Origin: Mytilus californianus
Taxonomy: Eukaryota
DNA length: 64,000 nt
Reading direction: 5' to 3'
Assembly: GCF_021869535.1 (NCBI RefSeq)
Contig: NW_026262723.1
Coordinates: forward strand, 100,998,001-101,062,000
Of the stretch, positions 63,417-64,000 are shown in pieces (the stretch's first letter is position 1; the number at the start of each line of letters is the position of its first letter). The position numbers and the translations under genes are program-made. Under the pieces are notes generated by a model. It had not been told where the DNA came from. It searched no databases and worked only from the letters and a program-made list of their open reading frames with translations.

Positions 63417-64000
63417 GATCCTGTGTACTGTAAACTTTATTTTGGTCAATACAATTGTTTATTTTGAGGATCCAGGGTACTGTTAACTTTATATTGGTCA
63501 AAACAATTGTTTATTTTGAGGATCCAGTGTACTGTTAACTTTATTTTGGTCAATATATTGGTTTATTTTGAGGATCCAGTGTACTGTTAGCTTTATATTG
63601 GTCAGTACAATTGTTTATTTTGAGGATCCAGTGTACTGTTAACTTTATATTGGTCAATACAATTGTTTATTTTGAGGATCCAGTGTACTGTAAACTTTAT
63701 ATTGGTCGATACATTTGTTTATTTTGAGGATCCAGTGTACTGTAAACTTGATATTGGTCTATACATTTGTTTATTTTGAGGATCCAGTGTACTGTTAACT
63801 TGATATTGGTCTATACAATTGTTTATTTTGAGGATCCAGTGTACTGTTAACTTGATATTGGTCTATACAATTGTTTATTTTGAGGATCCAGTGTACTGTT
63901 AACTTTATATTGGTCAATACAATTGTTTATTTTGAGGATCCAGTGTACTGTTAACTTTATATTGGTCAATACAATTGTTTATTTTGAGGATCCAGTGTAC
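63417..64000. repeat. 52-bp minisatellite, at least 11 copies, running off the window end
   Basis: Unit GATCCAGTGTACTGTTAACTTTATATTGGTCAATACAATTGTTTATTTTGAG. Confidence 0.95.

Overview
AT-rich, intron-rich animal genomic DNA. The repeat landscape resembles a bivalve mollusc, probably Mytilus (inference from recalled repeat motifs). Four host genes were reconstructed by hand from GT-AG splice sites with consistent phases. PRIMPOL is on the minus strand (14 coding exons, 2340-20151). An EF-hand/WD40 gene of the WDR49/WDY type is on the minus strand, with one 3.45-kb exon plus a short last exon. RPL3 is on the minus strand (8 coding exons) and hosts two SNORD83-like C/D snoRNAs and a candidate poison 3' splice site. 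NDUFB10 is on the plus strand (4 exons) and sits head-to-head with RPL3, with about 480 bp between start codons, the same arrangement as human RPL3L-NDUFB10. The most unusual element is a structurally complete 2.43-kb LTR retroelement in PRIMPOL intron 1. It has two LTRs, a tRNA-Leu PBS, a PPT and a 5-bp TSD, and it encodes only an intact Gag capsid-like protein with an acidic duplicated tail and no pol. The rest of the window is MITEs, Helentron-like (HINE) elements, LINE and Penelope-like fragments and minisatellites. All coordinates were counted by eye and may be off by a few bases, especially repeat boundaries.
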